From an uncultured Gammaproteobacteria bacterium (lineage in GTDB: Bacteria > Patescibacteriota > Microgenomatia > UBA8517), in assembly GCA_964599625.1 (NCBI GenBank), contig CAZRGC010000001.1, positions 244,959-308,958 of the forward strand: a stretch of 64,000 bases of DNA, read 5' to 3'. The notes beneath the pieces were generated by a model. The model was not told the DNA's origin, ran no database searches, and saw only the letters and a program-made list of their open reading frames with translations. Below are positions 49,113 through 57,193 of the stretch, one piece after another (within the stretch, counting starts at the first letter, position 1; each line of letters starts with the position of its first letter). The position numbers were made by a program, and so were the translations under genes.

Positions 49113-49451
49113 CTATTTGATGGCCAAAAGCGCTTGCCGAAGATCTCCCGTGGTGACAGAAACGGTCGCCTCTTTGTCGGCTGTGACAAAATACAAGTCG
49201 AGCGTGCTTGGGGTTGACCCTTGGCGAACACGTTTTTGTGTTTCTCCCAGGCGGGAATCGGCTTTTTTGGACTTTTTATCCTTGAGAAACGTGGAGGTCC
49301 AGAGGATTCTCCAAGGAATGCTGGCGGTAATTTGGACCTCAGAATTGACCGTTGCGGTCAAACTCACCTGGGGACCATTTTTCTCCAGCCTGACGTCAAG
49401 AGCACCACTTGAGGGAGTGATACTGGCAAATTTCTGTAAGGTTACAGACAT
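49113..49451 (-). CDS. Hypothetical protein
   Basis: AGGAG SD; first gene of a 3-gene operon. Confidence 0.7.
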   Translation of the reverse strand: MSVTLQKFASITPSSGALDVRLEKNGPQVSLTATVNSEVQITASIPWRILWTSTFLKDKKSKKADSRLGETQKRVRQGSTPSTLDLYFVTADKEATVSVTTGDLRQALLAIK

Positions 49452-49623
49452 TTGAAATCTCCTATTAATGAGCTAGATTTGAATACTATCGGTAAACTTG
49501 CGTAGTATACCAAATACCCTTGGAAATGACATTAAAAAACAACTGGAGTGGTAGCTAATAAACTAGTTGGCTAGTTTTTGGCCATAAGTTTGACCAACAT
49601 GGAATTTGTGGTAAATTTTAAAA

Positions 49624-50259
49624 ATGGACGGAAGCTCAAAAATTGACCACGATCCCACATTCGATGTGGTGGAGATTGTAAAAATCAAATACAAAAATAT
49701 TGAGTTCAACGTTTCTGCTGGTGATATCATGAAGGAATTTAGAAGTTCAGATGCCATAGTTATTCCTTCGTCCCCCGAGCTTGACTTGCAAAGTGGTGTA
49801 ATCGAAAACCTGGTTGATGATGAATATGGAGATGGGCCATTTAAGGCACTCGCGGCAAAGAAAAAACAGATGAGCATACCGGATCATGTTCCGATGTGTA
49901 CCGCCGTCGATGCAATTTATCAAGGAAAAGACTTTGTATTTGTAAACATTCAACCCCCGTATGATGAGGATGATCAAACTTTTGAAGGTGTTAGGGAGTC
50001 TGCATTCAACTGTTTCAAAGAAGCCAACTTCAACGAGGCTCAATCCATAGTTGTTCCTGCACTGGGTAATGGTATGTGGCACGTTCCTATAAATGAAAGT
50101 GTTTCGGCTATTGCCGAAGCAGCAAAATCTTTTATAGATGAGATGACTAAGGAGGGTAACGAACCTGCACTAAGAAAGATAAGTATTGTTTTATATAAAC
50201 CCAAGACTGAAGACGGACCATTGATTAAAGACTCCGTAATCAAACTATTTTCCCAGTGA
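49624..50259 (+). CDS. Macro (Appr-1''-p processing-like) domain protein, divergent
   Basis: GDI...DAIV, SGV, SIVVPALGNG. Confidence 0.7.
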   Translation: MDGSSKIDHDPTFDVVEIVKIKYKNIEFNVSAGDIMKEFRSSDAIVIPSSPELDLQSGVIENLVDDEYGDGPFKALAAKKKQMSIPDHVPMCTAVDAIYQGKDFVFVNIQPPYDEDDQTFEGVRESAFNCFKEANFNEAQSIVVPALGNGMWHVPINESVSAIAEAAKSFIDEMTKEGNEPALRKISIVLYKPKTEDGPLIKDSVIKLFSQ

Positions 50260-50298
50260 AGCTTCAATACAAACGGTATCGACGAGACATATATGACA

Positions 50299-50538
50299 TT
50301 AAACTAAATTGTGTTTTTTGATAAACGCTCGGCCCGACCCAGACTTGAGATATTTTTCAAATTTAAAAGCTGTAATCTTTTCACTAAAAGCGAAATACGA
50401 AATCAGTTTCAAGGGTTTTAGATTTCTTGTTGTATTAATTTGGCCAGAATTGTGGCGTTTTAACCTGTCCTTTAAGTTATTTGTACAACCAATGTAGGTC
50501 CGTCCATTTGAACAAAACAGTATGTAAATATAATACAT
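50299..50538 (-). CDS. Small GIY-YIG nuclease
   Basis: YYIYIL...YIGCTNNLKDRLKRHNSG...FEKYLKSGSGR. Confidence 0.92.
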   Translation of the reverse strand: MYYIYILFCSNGRTYIGCTNNLKDRLKRHNSGQINTTRNLKPLKLISYFAFSEKITAFKFEKYLKSGSGRAFIKKHNLV

Positions 50539-50612
50539 ATTGTTTCAGTATATCCGCTTTCGCTCTGACGGCGGGTAAACCTCGCCGTAGTCGAGCTTCA
50601 GCGAGACGAAGG

Positions 50613-50903
50613 CGGGATCGACGAGACTCGAACTCGCAACCTCTTCCGTGCTAAACCCAAGTCGGGTTTTGGACTATCTCATCATCCAGTTTTTCAACTT
50701 AGGACGCCAGGTATATAGTCTCTACACATTTATCCTTCGATTACGCTCAGGACTTACAGCCCTAAACATCATCTAGAAATTTAGCTCGGGATTCTCTTCT
50801 TTCGAAGTATTTTCCGAATTAGCCTGGTTTTACATCCCGGTATTACTACCAGGAGCTGCCACTTTTGACAGGGAAGCGCTCTAGCCAATTGAGCTACGAC
50901 CCC
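50613..50903 (-). tRNA. tRNA-Asp(GTC) interrupted by a group I intron (exons 50868-50903 and 50613-50650)
   Basis: Joined exons give GGGGTCG/CGATCCC acceptor stem, CTTCC-CTGTCAC-GGAAG anticodon arm and GTTCGAGT T loop. Confidence 0.92.
50651..50867 (-). ncRNA. Group I intron, 217 nt, between anticodon positions 35 and 36
   Basis: P1 CUGU/GCAG with a U-G pair at the splice site, P3 CCAGG/CCUGG, P7 GACUA/UAGUC, terminal G. Confidence 0.9.
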
Positions 50904-50913
50904 AGATTTATCT

Positions 50914-50988
50914 GGGTATACAAGGCGAATGCCTTACGACCCCTTTTAGCTTCTAAAAGGGTATACAAGGCGAATGCCTTACGACCCC
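50914..50988. repeat. Two 30-bp direct repeats upstream of tRNA-Asp, each starting with the tRNA's first 9 nt on the minus strand
   Basis: GGGTATACAAGGCGAATGCCTTACGACCCC at 50914-50943 and 50959-50988. Confidence 0.9.
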
Positions 50989-51117
50989 TAACTCTGAGTA
51001 TTTTATCACGGTACAAGCAAATTTCCGAGTGGCAAGCTTTGCTCACCAATAATAGTCTTTGGCAGCGTTAAGTTTTCACCTTGCGTTTGGTAAACATTCA
51101 GGCCGAAGTTTTTTTAT

Positions 51118-51209
51118 CCTATAACTTGATTTTCTACACAATAAGGGGTAAAATTTGGCCTTAGTTTTTAATTGCACATTTCAAGAAAATTACGCGAAAG
51201 GACATATCT
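51118..51209 (+). promoter_or_regulatory. Accessory-type promoter/leader
   Basis: CCTATAAC-TTGATT-17nt-TAAAAT, GCACATTTCAAG, AAAGGA SD. Confidence 0.7.
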
Positions 51210-52244
51210 ATGTTCAAGAAAATTTTGCCCGTCATTTTTGCGGTTTCGCTCTTGATCACCGCATGCGGGGCCGGAATGGGCGAAGCGCCTGTTAACCCAG
51301 ACGGCTGTTCGTACGATTACAGCGTCACTTTTTACGGCGCGAACGTTGATCCGTTGGAACTCAAAATCACATCCCACGCAAGTTGGGTGCAGGACGAGGA
51401 TGATCCAGAATATTACCATCTTGTCGTTGATAACGACGAAGTTTGGCAGGGTCTGGTTGCCCGTCACAATGACGTTGTTGCCAAGCTCAACGCTGGCCTT
51501 TCGTTGTTGTTTGTGGATTCAGAATTCCTTCAAGGAGCCAAGTATTCCGAGATGGACGGTGAACCTGTTTCACTCACCTCCTCAAGCTATCGTGAGTGTC
51601 CAAACCCCGAGCAGTATGGGTTCTGGGACAACGGTTTTTATCACGGTTTGCCTTTTGAGGAGATGGACAACAACGGATACCTCACTTCAACCCGTATTGG
51701 TGACACAACGACGTTTGTCGAAGTGCGATCGGCGAAGAACAGTGTTGTGAACTATTCGTTCCCAACGGCTTATCTTGAGACGATTTACAACTACGCTTTC
51801 GGCCGCGGTGAGACAAACCTTTCACTCGATGCCCAATATGTGGAAATACCCCGCCCCGACATGCCCGACGGACTCACTTACTCGCAAGCAATGCTTGATC
51901 AAATGGTGAATGCCGACGCAGACGGCCGCGAAGCTGTTTCTTTCACCCTTAACATCGAGGACTTTGAAGGACGCGCCCAGCTTAAGCCTGTGATAGCCAA
52001 AGGCATCGAACTTGCCGCGGCGCAAGAAGGCAGTCCTGTACTTGCGACCATTCATGCGATGATGAGTTCGGGTCAGCGCCAGATCGCATATGCCAGTATG
52101 CACGGAAGTTTCTCCATCAAAGGAGCCTTCTTCCTTGGTATTGGTGGAGTCAATGGCGGCGGCTATATCGACGGTCAGGCCGGCAGTAATGCCTGGTTCG
52201 AAGATGTGGTGAAGGCTTCGGTCTACATCACTCCGCAAGAGTAA
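51210..52244 (+). CDS. Acidic putative lipoprotein
   Basis: MFKKILPVIFAVSLLITA|C lipobox; visibly more C-ending codons than its neighbours. Confidence 0.8.
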   Translation: MFKKILPVIFAVSLLITACGAGMGEAPVNPDGCSYDYSVTFYGANVDPLELKITSHASWVQDEDDPEYYHLVVDNDEVWQGLVARHNDVVAKLNAGLSLLFVDSEFLQGAKYSEMDGEPVSLTSSSYRECPNPEQYGFWDNGFYHGLPFEEMDNNGYLTSTRIGDTTTFVEVRSAKNSVVNYSFPTAYLETIYNYAFGRGETNLSLDAQYVEIPRPDMPDGLTYSQAMLDQMVNADADGREAVSFTLNIEDFEGRAQLKPVIAKGIELAAAQEGSPVLATIHAMMSSGQRQIAYASMHGSFSIKGAFFLGIGGVNGGGYIDGQAGSNAWFEDVVKASVYITPQE

Positions 52245-52261
52245 TTTTTTTGTGGTAAGTC

Positions 52262-52297
52262 AAACCGCTTTTGGAGAAATCTGGAAGCGGTTTTTTT
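52262..52297 (+). terminator. Rho-independent terminator
   Basis: AAACCGCTT...AAGCGGTTT followed by a T run. Confidence 0.75.
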
Positions 52298-52327
52298 GTG
52301 GTAAAAATCCTGTTGTATACTAAACTC

Positions 52328-54106
52328 GTGACGGATAAAAAATTCCTCAACAATATAGAGATATCAGAACTTCTTAGGGATGTAGCTGCAGCCTACCAAC
52401 TCAAAGATTCGGGTGGTGCTAGATTCAAAATAATTGCATACCAACGTGCTGCCGATGCAGTGGAGCACGCAACAAGTGAACTCAAAGATTTGTGGGATGA
52501 CGGAAAACTCAAAGAAATTCCGGGAGTTGGTGCGAGTATTGCGGAACATCTTTCCGAACTTTTTTCTACAGGTAGATCAAAACATTTTGATGAATTAATG
52601 GAAGGGTTACCAAAAAGCATGTTTGAATTTATGAAAGTTCCCGGAATTGGACCCAAAACCGCATATAAGTTGGCACATGATTTGAGTCTAAAATCTCTGA
52701 GCGATCTGGAAAAAGCCGCCAAAAAAGGAAGAATTGCAGAACTTGAAGGATTTGGAGAACAGTCGCAAAAAGACATATTGGATTCCATTGGAACAGTTCG
52801 CAAAAGGATCAAACGACACCTTCTTCCATACGCAATGGAAATTTCAGGAAGGGTTATTGATTATCTATTGGCCAATAAAGCCGTTAAAAAAGCCGATACT
52901 TTGGGAAGTTTAAGGCGCAAAGTTTCCACAATTGGCGATATTGATATTGCAGCAGCAACGGAAGATCCGGAGAAAGTGTTGGAATATTTTACAAAGTTTC
53001 CCAATACTCAAAAAATTTTGGAAAAAGGAACAAGAACTGCGGCAATAATTTTACCTGGTGCGGTGCAGGTTGATTTAATGGTAGAAACGCCCGAGGCTTA
53101 CGGCAGTTTGTTGCAGCATTTCACGGGTTCCAAACATCATAACATTGCACTTCGTGAGTTGGCTCTCAAAAAAGGTTTTAGTTTGTCGGACTACGGTGTC
53201 AAAAAAGTCGGGTCCGAAAAACTTATCAAGTTTGACGGCGAAGAAAAGCTTTACAACTTTTTCGGTTTGGATTTTATTCCACCGGAGATGCGCGAAGATA
53301 CAGGAGAGATTAGTGTTTCAATGGAACACAAACTTCCAAAACTTGTTGAAATAAAAGACATAAAAGCCGACCTCCAGATTCATTCGGATTTTGATGTAGA
53401 AACAAGCCACGACGTTGGTGCCTCTTCGATGGAAGAACTTGTTAAAAAAGCTGACGAAAAGGGATATGAGTATATTGCATTTACGGATCACAACCCAAGC
53501 CAAAAGGGACATTCTGCAAAAGATTTTGTGGAAATTCTCAAAAAACGCCGTGAAAGAATTGAAAAATTAAATTACTCACTCAAAAATATGAATATAAAAA
53601 ATGTTCAAAAAGTTTTCAATAGCCTTGAAATAGACATAATACCAAATGGGGATCTACCTGTGCCGCAGGAGGCCTTGGATGAATTAGATTTTGCACTGGT
53701 TTCCATACATTCAAGTTTTGAAGGCGAACGCGATGCCAATACAAAAAGGGTCTTAAAAGCACTTTCAAATCCCAAAGTCAAAATATTTGCCCATCCAACC
53801 GGAAGGAAACTAAATGAACGGGAAGGCGTGGATCTTAATTGGCCCGAGATATTTGAATTTTGCCTTAAGAGGGGCAAGTGGATTGAAATAAACTGCGACC
53901 CGATGAGGTTGGATCTGCCTGACATATTGGTGCGTGAAGGCGTTAAGCTTGGTATCAAATTTAGTTTGGGTACAGACTCGCATCACAAAGACATGATGAA
54001 TAATATTCCGTTCGGTATAACTGTTGCCAGACGCGGGTGGGCAGAAAAAAAGGATATTGTAAACACACTTTCGTACGTGGATTTTTGCAAAGCTTTCGCA
54101 GTATAA
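52328..54106 (+). CDS. polX: DNA polymerase X with a PHP domain
   Basis: HhH repeats, GSLRR...GDID, HFTGSKHHN, PHP motifs TDH/AHPTGR/TDSH. Confidence 0.95.
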   Translation: MTDKKFLNNIEISELLRDVAAAYQLKDSGGARFKIIAYQRAADAVEHATSELKDLWDDGKLKEIPGVGASIAEHLSELFSTGRSKHFDELMEGLPKSMFEFMKVPGIGPKTAYKLAHDLSLKSLSDLEKAAKKGRIAELEGFGEQSQKDILDSIGTVRKRIKRHLLPYAMEISGRVIDYLLANKAVKKADTLGSLRRKVSTIGDIDIAAATEDPEKVLEYFTKFPNTQKILEKGTRTAAIILPGAVQVDLMVETPEAYGSLLQHFTGSKHHNIALRELALKKGFSLSDYGVKKVGSEKLIKFDGEEKLYNFFGLDFIPPEMREDTGEISVSMEHKLPKLVEIKDIKADLQIHSDFDVETSHDVGASSMEELVKKADEKGYEYIAFTDHNPSQKGHSAKDFVEILKKRRERIEKLNYSLKNMNIKNVQKVFNSLEIDIIPNGDLPVPQEALDELDFALVSIHSSFEGERDANTKRVLKALSNPKVKIFAHPTGRKLNEREGVDLNWPEIFEFCLKRGKWIEINCDPMRLDLPDILVREGVKLGIKFSLGTDSHHKDMMNNIPFGITVARRGWAEKKDIVNTLSYVDFCKAFAV

Positions 54107-54133
54107 CTTGCAACATTGTGTTAACATATAATC

Positions 54134-54718
54134 ATGCCTTTTTTGATAATTCTTGGAATTCTCGCAATTATTGGCCTCTGGCTTGTTGGTGAATATAATT
54201 TTTTTGTTACCACAAAGACCCGAGTTGGCGCTGCAATTCAAGAAATCGGAAACCAGCTCAAACGCCAAGCAGAACTTATCCCCAACCTGGAAGCCTCCGT
54301 CAAAGGTTATCTTAAACACGAAAAATCAATTTTTGATGAACTTACAGAAGCTCGCAAAGATGTTGTGAGTGCAGCAAAAAGTGGTGATCTGAACAAGATG
54401 GCAGATGCAGGAGCCAGATTTTCCGAAGTTCTCCCCAGGCTTCAGGTAGTTTTGGAGAGCAATCCGGAAATAAAAGGTGCGCAAGTTGTCGAAAATTTGA
54501 TGGGTGAACTTAGAGACACCTCCGACAAAGTTATGTATTCCAGAAGGCTTCTTATAGATCTCACTGCTGATTACAACGTCAAAAGAGTAACGTTTCCAAG
54601 CAATATCGTTGCGGGAATGTTTAAGTTTGACGAGCTTAAGGGTTTGGAAACTCCAACATCTGGTGGTGCATTTTCGGTCTCTGAGTCCGAAATGAAATCG
54701 CCAAAAGTTAACCTCTAA
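54134..54718 (+). CDS. lemA: LemA family protein
   Basis: TM, QLKRQAELIPNL, FPSNIVAGMF. Confidence 0.93.
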   Translation: MPFLIILGILAIIGLWLVGEYNFFVTTKTRVGAAIQEIGNQLKRQAELIPNLEASVKGYLKHEKSIFDELTEARKDVVSAAKSGDLNKMADAGARFSEVLPRLQVVLESNPEIKGAQVVENLMGELRDTSDKVMYSRRLLIDLTADYNVKRVTFPSNIVAGMFKFDELKGLETPTSGGAFSVSESEMKSPKVNL

Positions 54719-55927
54719 ATGAGTTCAGAGAGATTCAATGAGTTAAGACGTAATAAATTTAATCTTTTTTGGTGCAGATTTTTTGTTGATTTGAATGCTT
54801 TGAATTCTGTTGTTCAACTTTTTTACTTGCAGCGCGGCGTAACACCAGCCCAGATATTTTGGACAGGTGTTGCCTGGTCGGTGGGAACGCTCCTTTTTGA
54901 TATTCCATCCAGTTATTTAGCAGACAGGTGGGGAAGACGAAAGACCATACTTACGGGGGTTGTAATAAATGTAATTGCCAATGCATATCTTTTTTGGGCG
55001 TATGGGTTTTGGTCGTTTTTCCTTTACACGTTTATTTTTGCTATTTCTTATTCATTCTTTTTTGGGGTTGAAGACGCCCTTTTGTACGACACTTTAAAAG
55101 AGATGAAACAGGAGCGTGTGGTTATGAAAACTGCCGGCAAATATGCCTCCGCCGGGAGAATCTCAAAAATTTTATTACCAATTGTGGGAATGTTTATCGC
55201 AAAAGATCTGGCCCCAGAGCAGTTTAATATTTTGCTTTCAATAAACTTGATTAGTTCGGTGGTGGCGGTTTATTTTGCTTGGGTACTGGTTGAGCCTAAA
55301 AGATTTGAGGAAAAACTGAAGATGAAATTAAATGCCTTTACAGACGGTATTTTTACTTTTTTGAAGTCTGAGGCGCTTAGGTCGTTTGCCTTCAATAAAA
55401 GCTTAATTTTTATCGGGAGTTTTGTGTTTTGGAGGTTTTATCAAAACGCACTTTTGGAACGAGGATTTTCTGTTTTGTACTTGGGTCTTATATATCCAGT
55501 AAGTAATGCGCTTTTGGTAATTTTCTTTATTCTAGTCCCAAAAATTACGGAAAAAATTGAAAGGCTACATATTTTGAACGGAGTTGCCTATGTTATGCTT
55601 TTTTCACTTTTTATTTTTATATTTACAGAAAACCAACTTGCCTTATACCTTACATCTATCTCCATTTTGACAGTAGCAACAATCAGAGATCCGCTTTTTA
55701 CGCAACAAATACAATGGCGGCTCAAGTCAGTTAATAGAGCCACGACAGGATCAATCTTGGGGATTTTCAAAGGGGTTAGCGACATACCCGTTTTGATATT
55801 GTCGGGATATTTGGCCAGCTACGGAGGAAAGCTGGTTCTTGTTTTACCTGTTCTTCTTACCCTGGCTGTCTTGGTTTTATTTAGGATTAAGAAAGAATAT
55901 ATAATATCTGGAGTAGCAAACGAATAA
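54719..55927 (+). CDS. MFS transporter
   Basis: Motif A SYLADRWGRRK; multi-TM. Confidence 0.9.
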   Translation: MSSERFNELRRNKFNLFWCRFFVDLNALNSVVQLFYLQRGVTPAQIFWTGVAWSVGTLLFDIPSSYLADRWGRRKTILTGVVINVIANAYLFWAYGFWSFFLYTFIFAISYSFFFGVEDALLYDTLKEMKQERVVMKTAGKYASAGRISKILLPIVGMFIAKDLAPEQFNILLSINLISSVVAVYFAWVLVEPKRFEEKLKMKLNAFTDGIFTFLKSEALRSFAFNKSLIFIGSFVFWRFYQNALLERGFSVLYLGLIYPVSNALLVIFFILVPKITEKIERLHILNGVAYVMLFSLFIFIFTENQLALYLTSISILTVATIRDPLFTQQIQWRLKSVNRATTGSILGIFKGVSDIPVLILSGYLASYGGKLVLVLPVLLTLAVLVLFRIKKEYIISGVANE

Positions 55928-56862
55928 TGAAAAATATTTACGAAGTACAATCTGCAAATAAAACAAAAAGTGCTTTGATAGTGGCGTTCTTTTTGGTTTT
56001 TGTATTTTTGGCAACTTACGTAATCACAAAAGCATTTGGATATTACATGGGTTACGAGCCGGGCGGTTTAGGTTATTTTGGAATGGCTTTTATAATTTCC
56101 GGAATTTCCAGTTTTGTAAGTTATTACTATTCCGACAAAATTGTGTTGGGGATTTCAGGTGCCCGCCCGGCAAATAAAGCTGAGGATAAAATTTTCTCGC
56201 AAGTTGTGGAGAATTTGTGTATTGGGGCAGGAATCCCAAAACCCAAACTTTATGTGATTGAAGATACTGCCATGAATGCATTTGCAACAGGGCGTGACCC
56301 CGAACACGGAGTAGTTTGTGCAACCACGGGAATTTTGGGCACTTTAAATAGAACCGAGCTGGAAGGTGTTATGGCGCATGAGTTGAGCCATATCAGAAAC
56401 TATGACACACGTCTAATGTCCGTTGTCTCTGTAATGGTAGGACTTATTGCACTTTTGGCTGACTGGTTTATGCGCAGTATGTGGTGGGGAGGAGGAAGAC
56501 GCGACAGAGACGACGACAAAGGAAATATCGGTGCAATAATAATGGTGGTGGGTATAATTTTTGCAATCATCTCGCCAATCATTGGACAGCTTATACAGTT
56601 AGCAATATCAAGAAGGCGTGAGTTTATGGCAGACGGCGGGTCGGTGGAACTAACCAGGCAGCCACAGGGACTTATTTCTGCACTTCAAAAAATTTCCGCG
56701 GATAGGGAGCCCTTGGAAGCAGCCAACAAAGCCACAGCACACCTATACATAATGAATCCGTTCAAAGAGAAGTCTCACGGGACAGTTGGCTGGTTTTCGG
56801 GCCTTTTTAACACACATCCACCGGTGGCCGAACGCATCAAGGCACTACAAAATATGCTTTGA
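55927..56862 (+). CDS. htpX: HtpX-like M48 membrane metalloprotease
   Basis: NAFATG, AHELSH, SRRREFMAD, THPP. Confidence 0.93.
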   Translation: MKNIYEVQSANKTKSALIVAFFLVFVFLATYVITKAFGYYMGYEPGGLGYFGMAFIISGISSFVSYYYSDKIVLGISGARPANKAEDKIFSQVVENLCIGAGIPKPKLYVIEDTAMNAFATGRDPEHGVVCATTGILGTLNRTELEGVMAHELSHIRNYDTRLMSVVSVMVGLIALLADWFMRSMWWGGGRRDRDDDKGNIGAIIMVVGIIFAIISPIIGQLIQLAISRRREFMADGGSVELTRQPQGLISALQKISADREPLEAANKATAHLYIMNPFKEKSHGTVGWFSGLFNTHPPVAERIKALQNML

Positions 56863-56880
56863 GTAAAGTATGATATGGGC

Positions 56881-57192
56881 ATGGCAAAGCTAACCAAGCA
56901 GGATGTTTTGCATGTTGCAAACCTGGCTAATCTAAAACTTACAGAAGAAGAAATTTCAATATTTTTTTCTCAGCTTTCTTCCGTTGTTGAATTTGTGAGT
57001 CAGCTTAACGAAGTTGACACTGAAGGCATCGAGCCTACAAGCCAAACCACAGGGCTTGAAAATGTATTGAGAGAAGATTCACCCGATTCAGAAATATGTT
57101 TTTCTCAAGACGCGGCACTTAGTGGAACCGATTCTGTTTATAACGGACTTTTCAAGGTAAAGGCTATTCTTTCGGAAAGGAGTACAAAATAA
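56881..57192 (+). CDS. gatC: Asp/Glu-tRNA amidotransferase subunit C
   Basis: VLHVANLANL, LNEVDT, LRED. Confidence 0.92.
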   Translation: MAKLTKQDVLHVANLANLKLTEEEISIFFSQLSSVVEFVSQLNEVDTEGIEPTSQTTGLENVLREDSPDSEICFSQDAALSGTDSVYNGLFKVKAILSERSTK

Positions 57193-57193
57193 T

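Noticed and set aside
46363-49451. Intact prophage
   Set aside because: No structural, terminase, integrase or replication genes, and no att pair was found.
50914-50988. CRISPR array
   Set aside because: Only two repeats, a 15-nt palindromic spacer and no cas genes in the window; the repeats derive partly from the tRNA 5' end.
50865-51071. 68-aa ORF with a repeated YKANALRPL peptide
   Set aside because: Antisense to the tRNA exon; the peptide repeat simply reflects the 30-bp DNA repeat.
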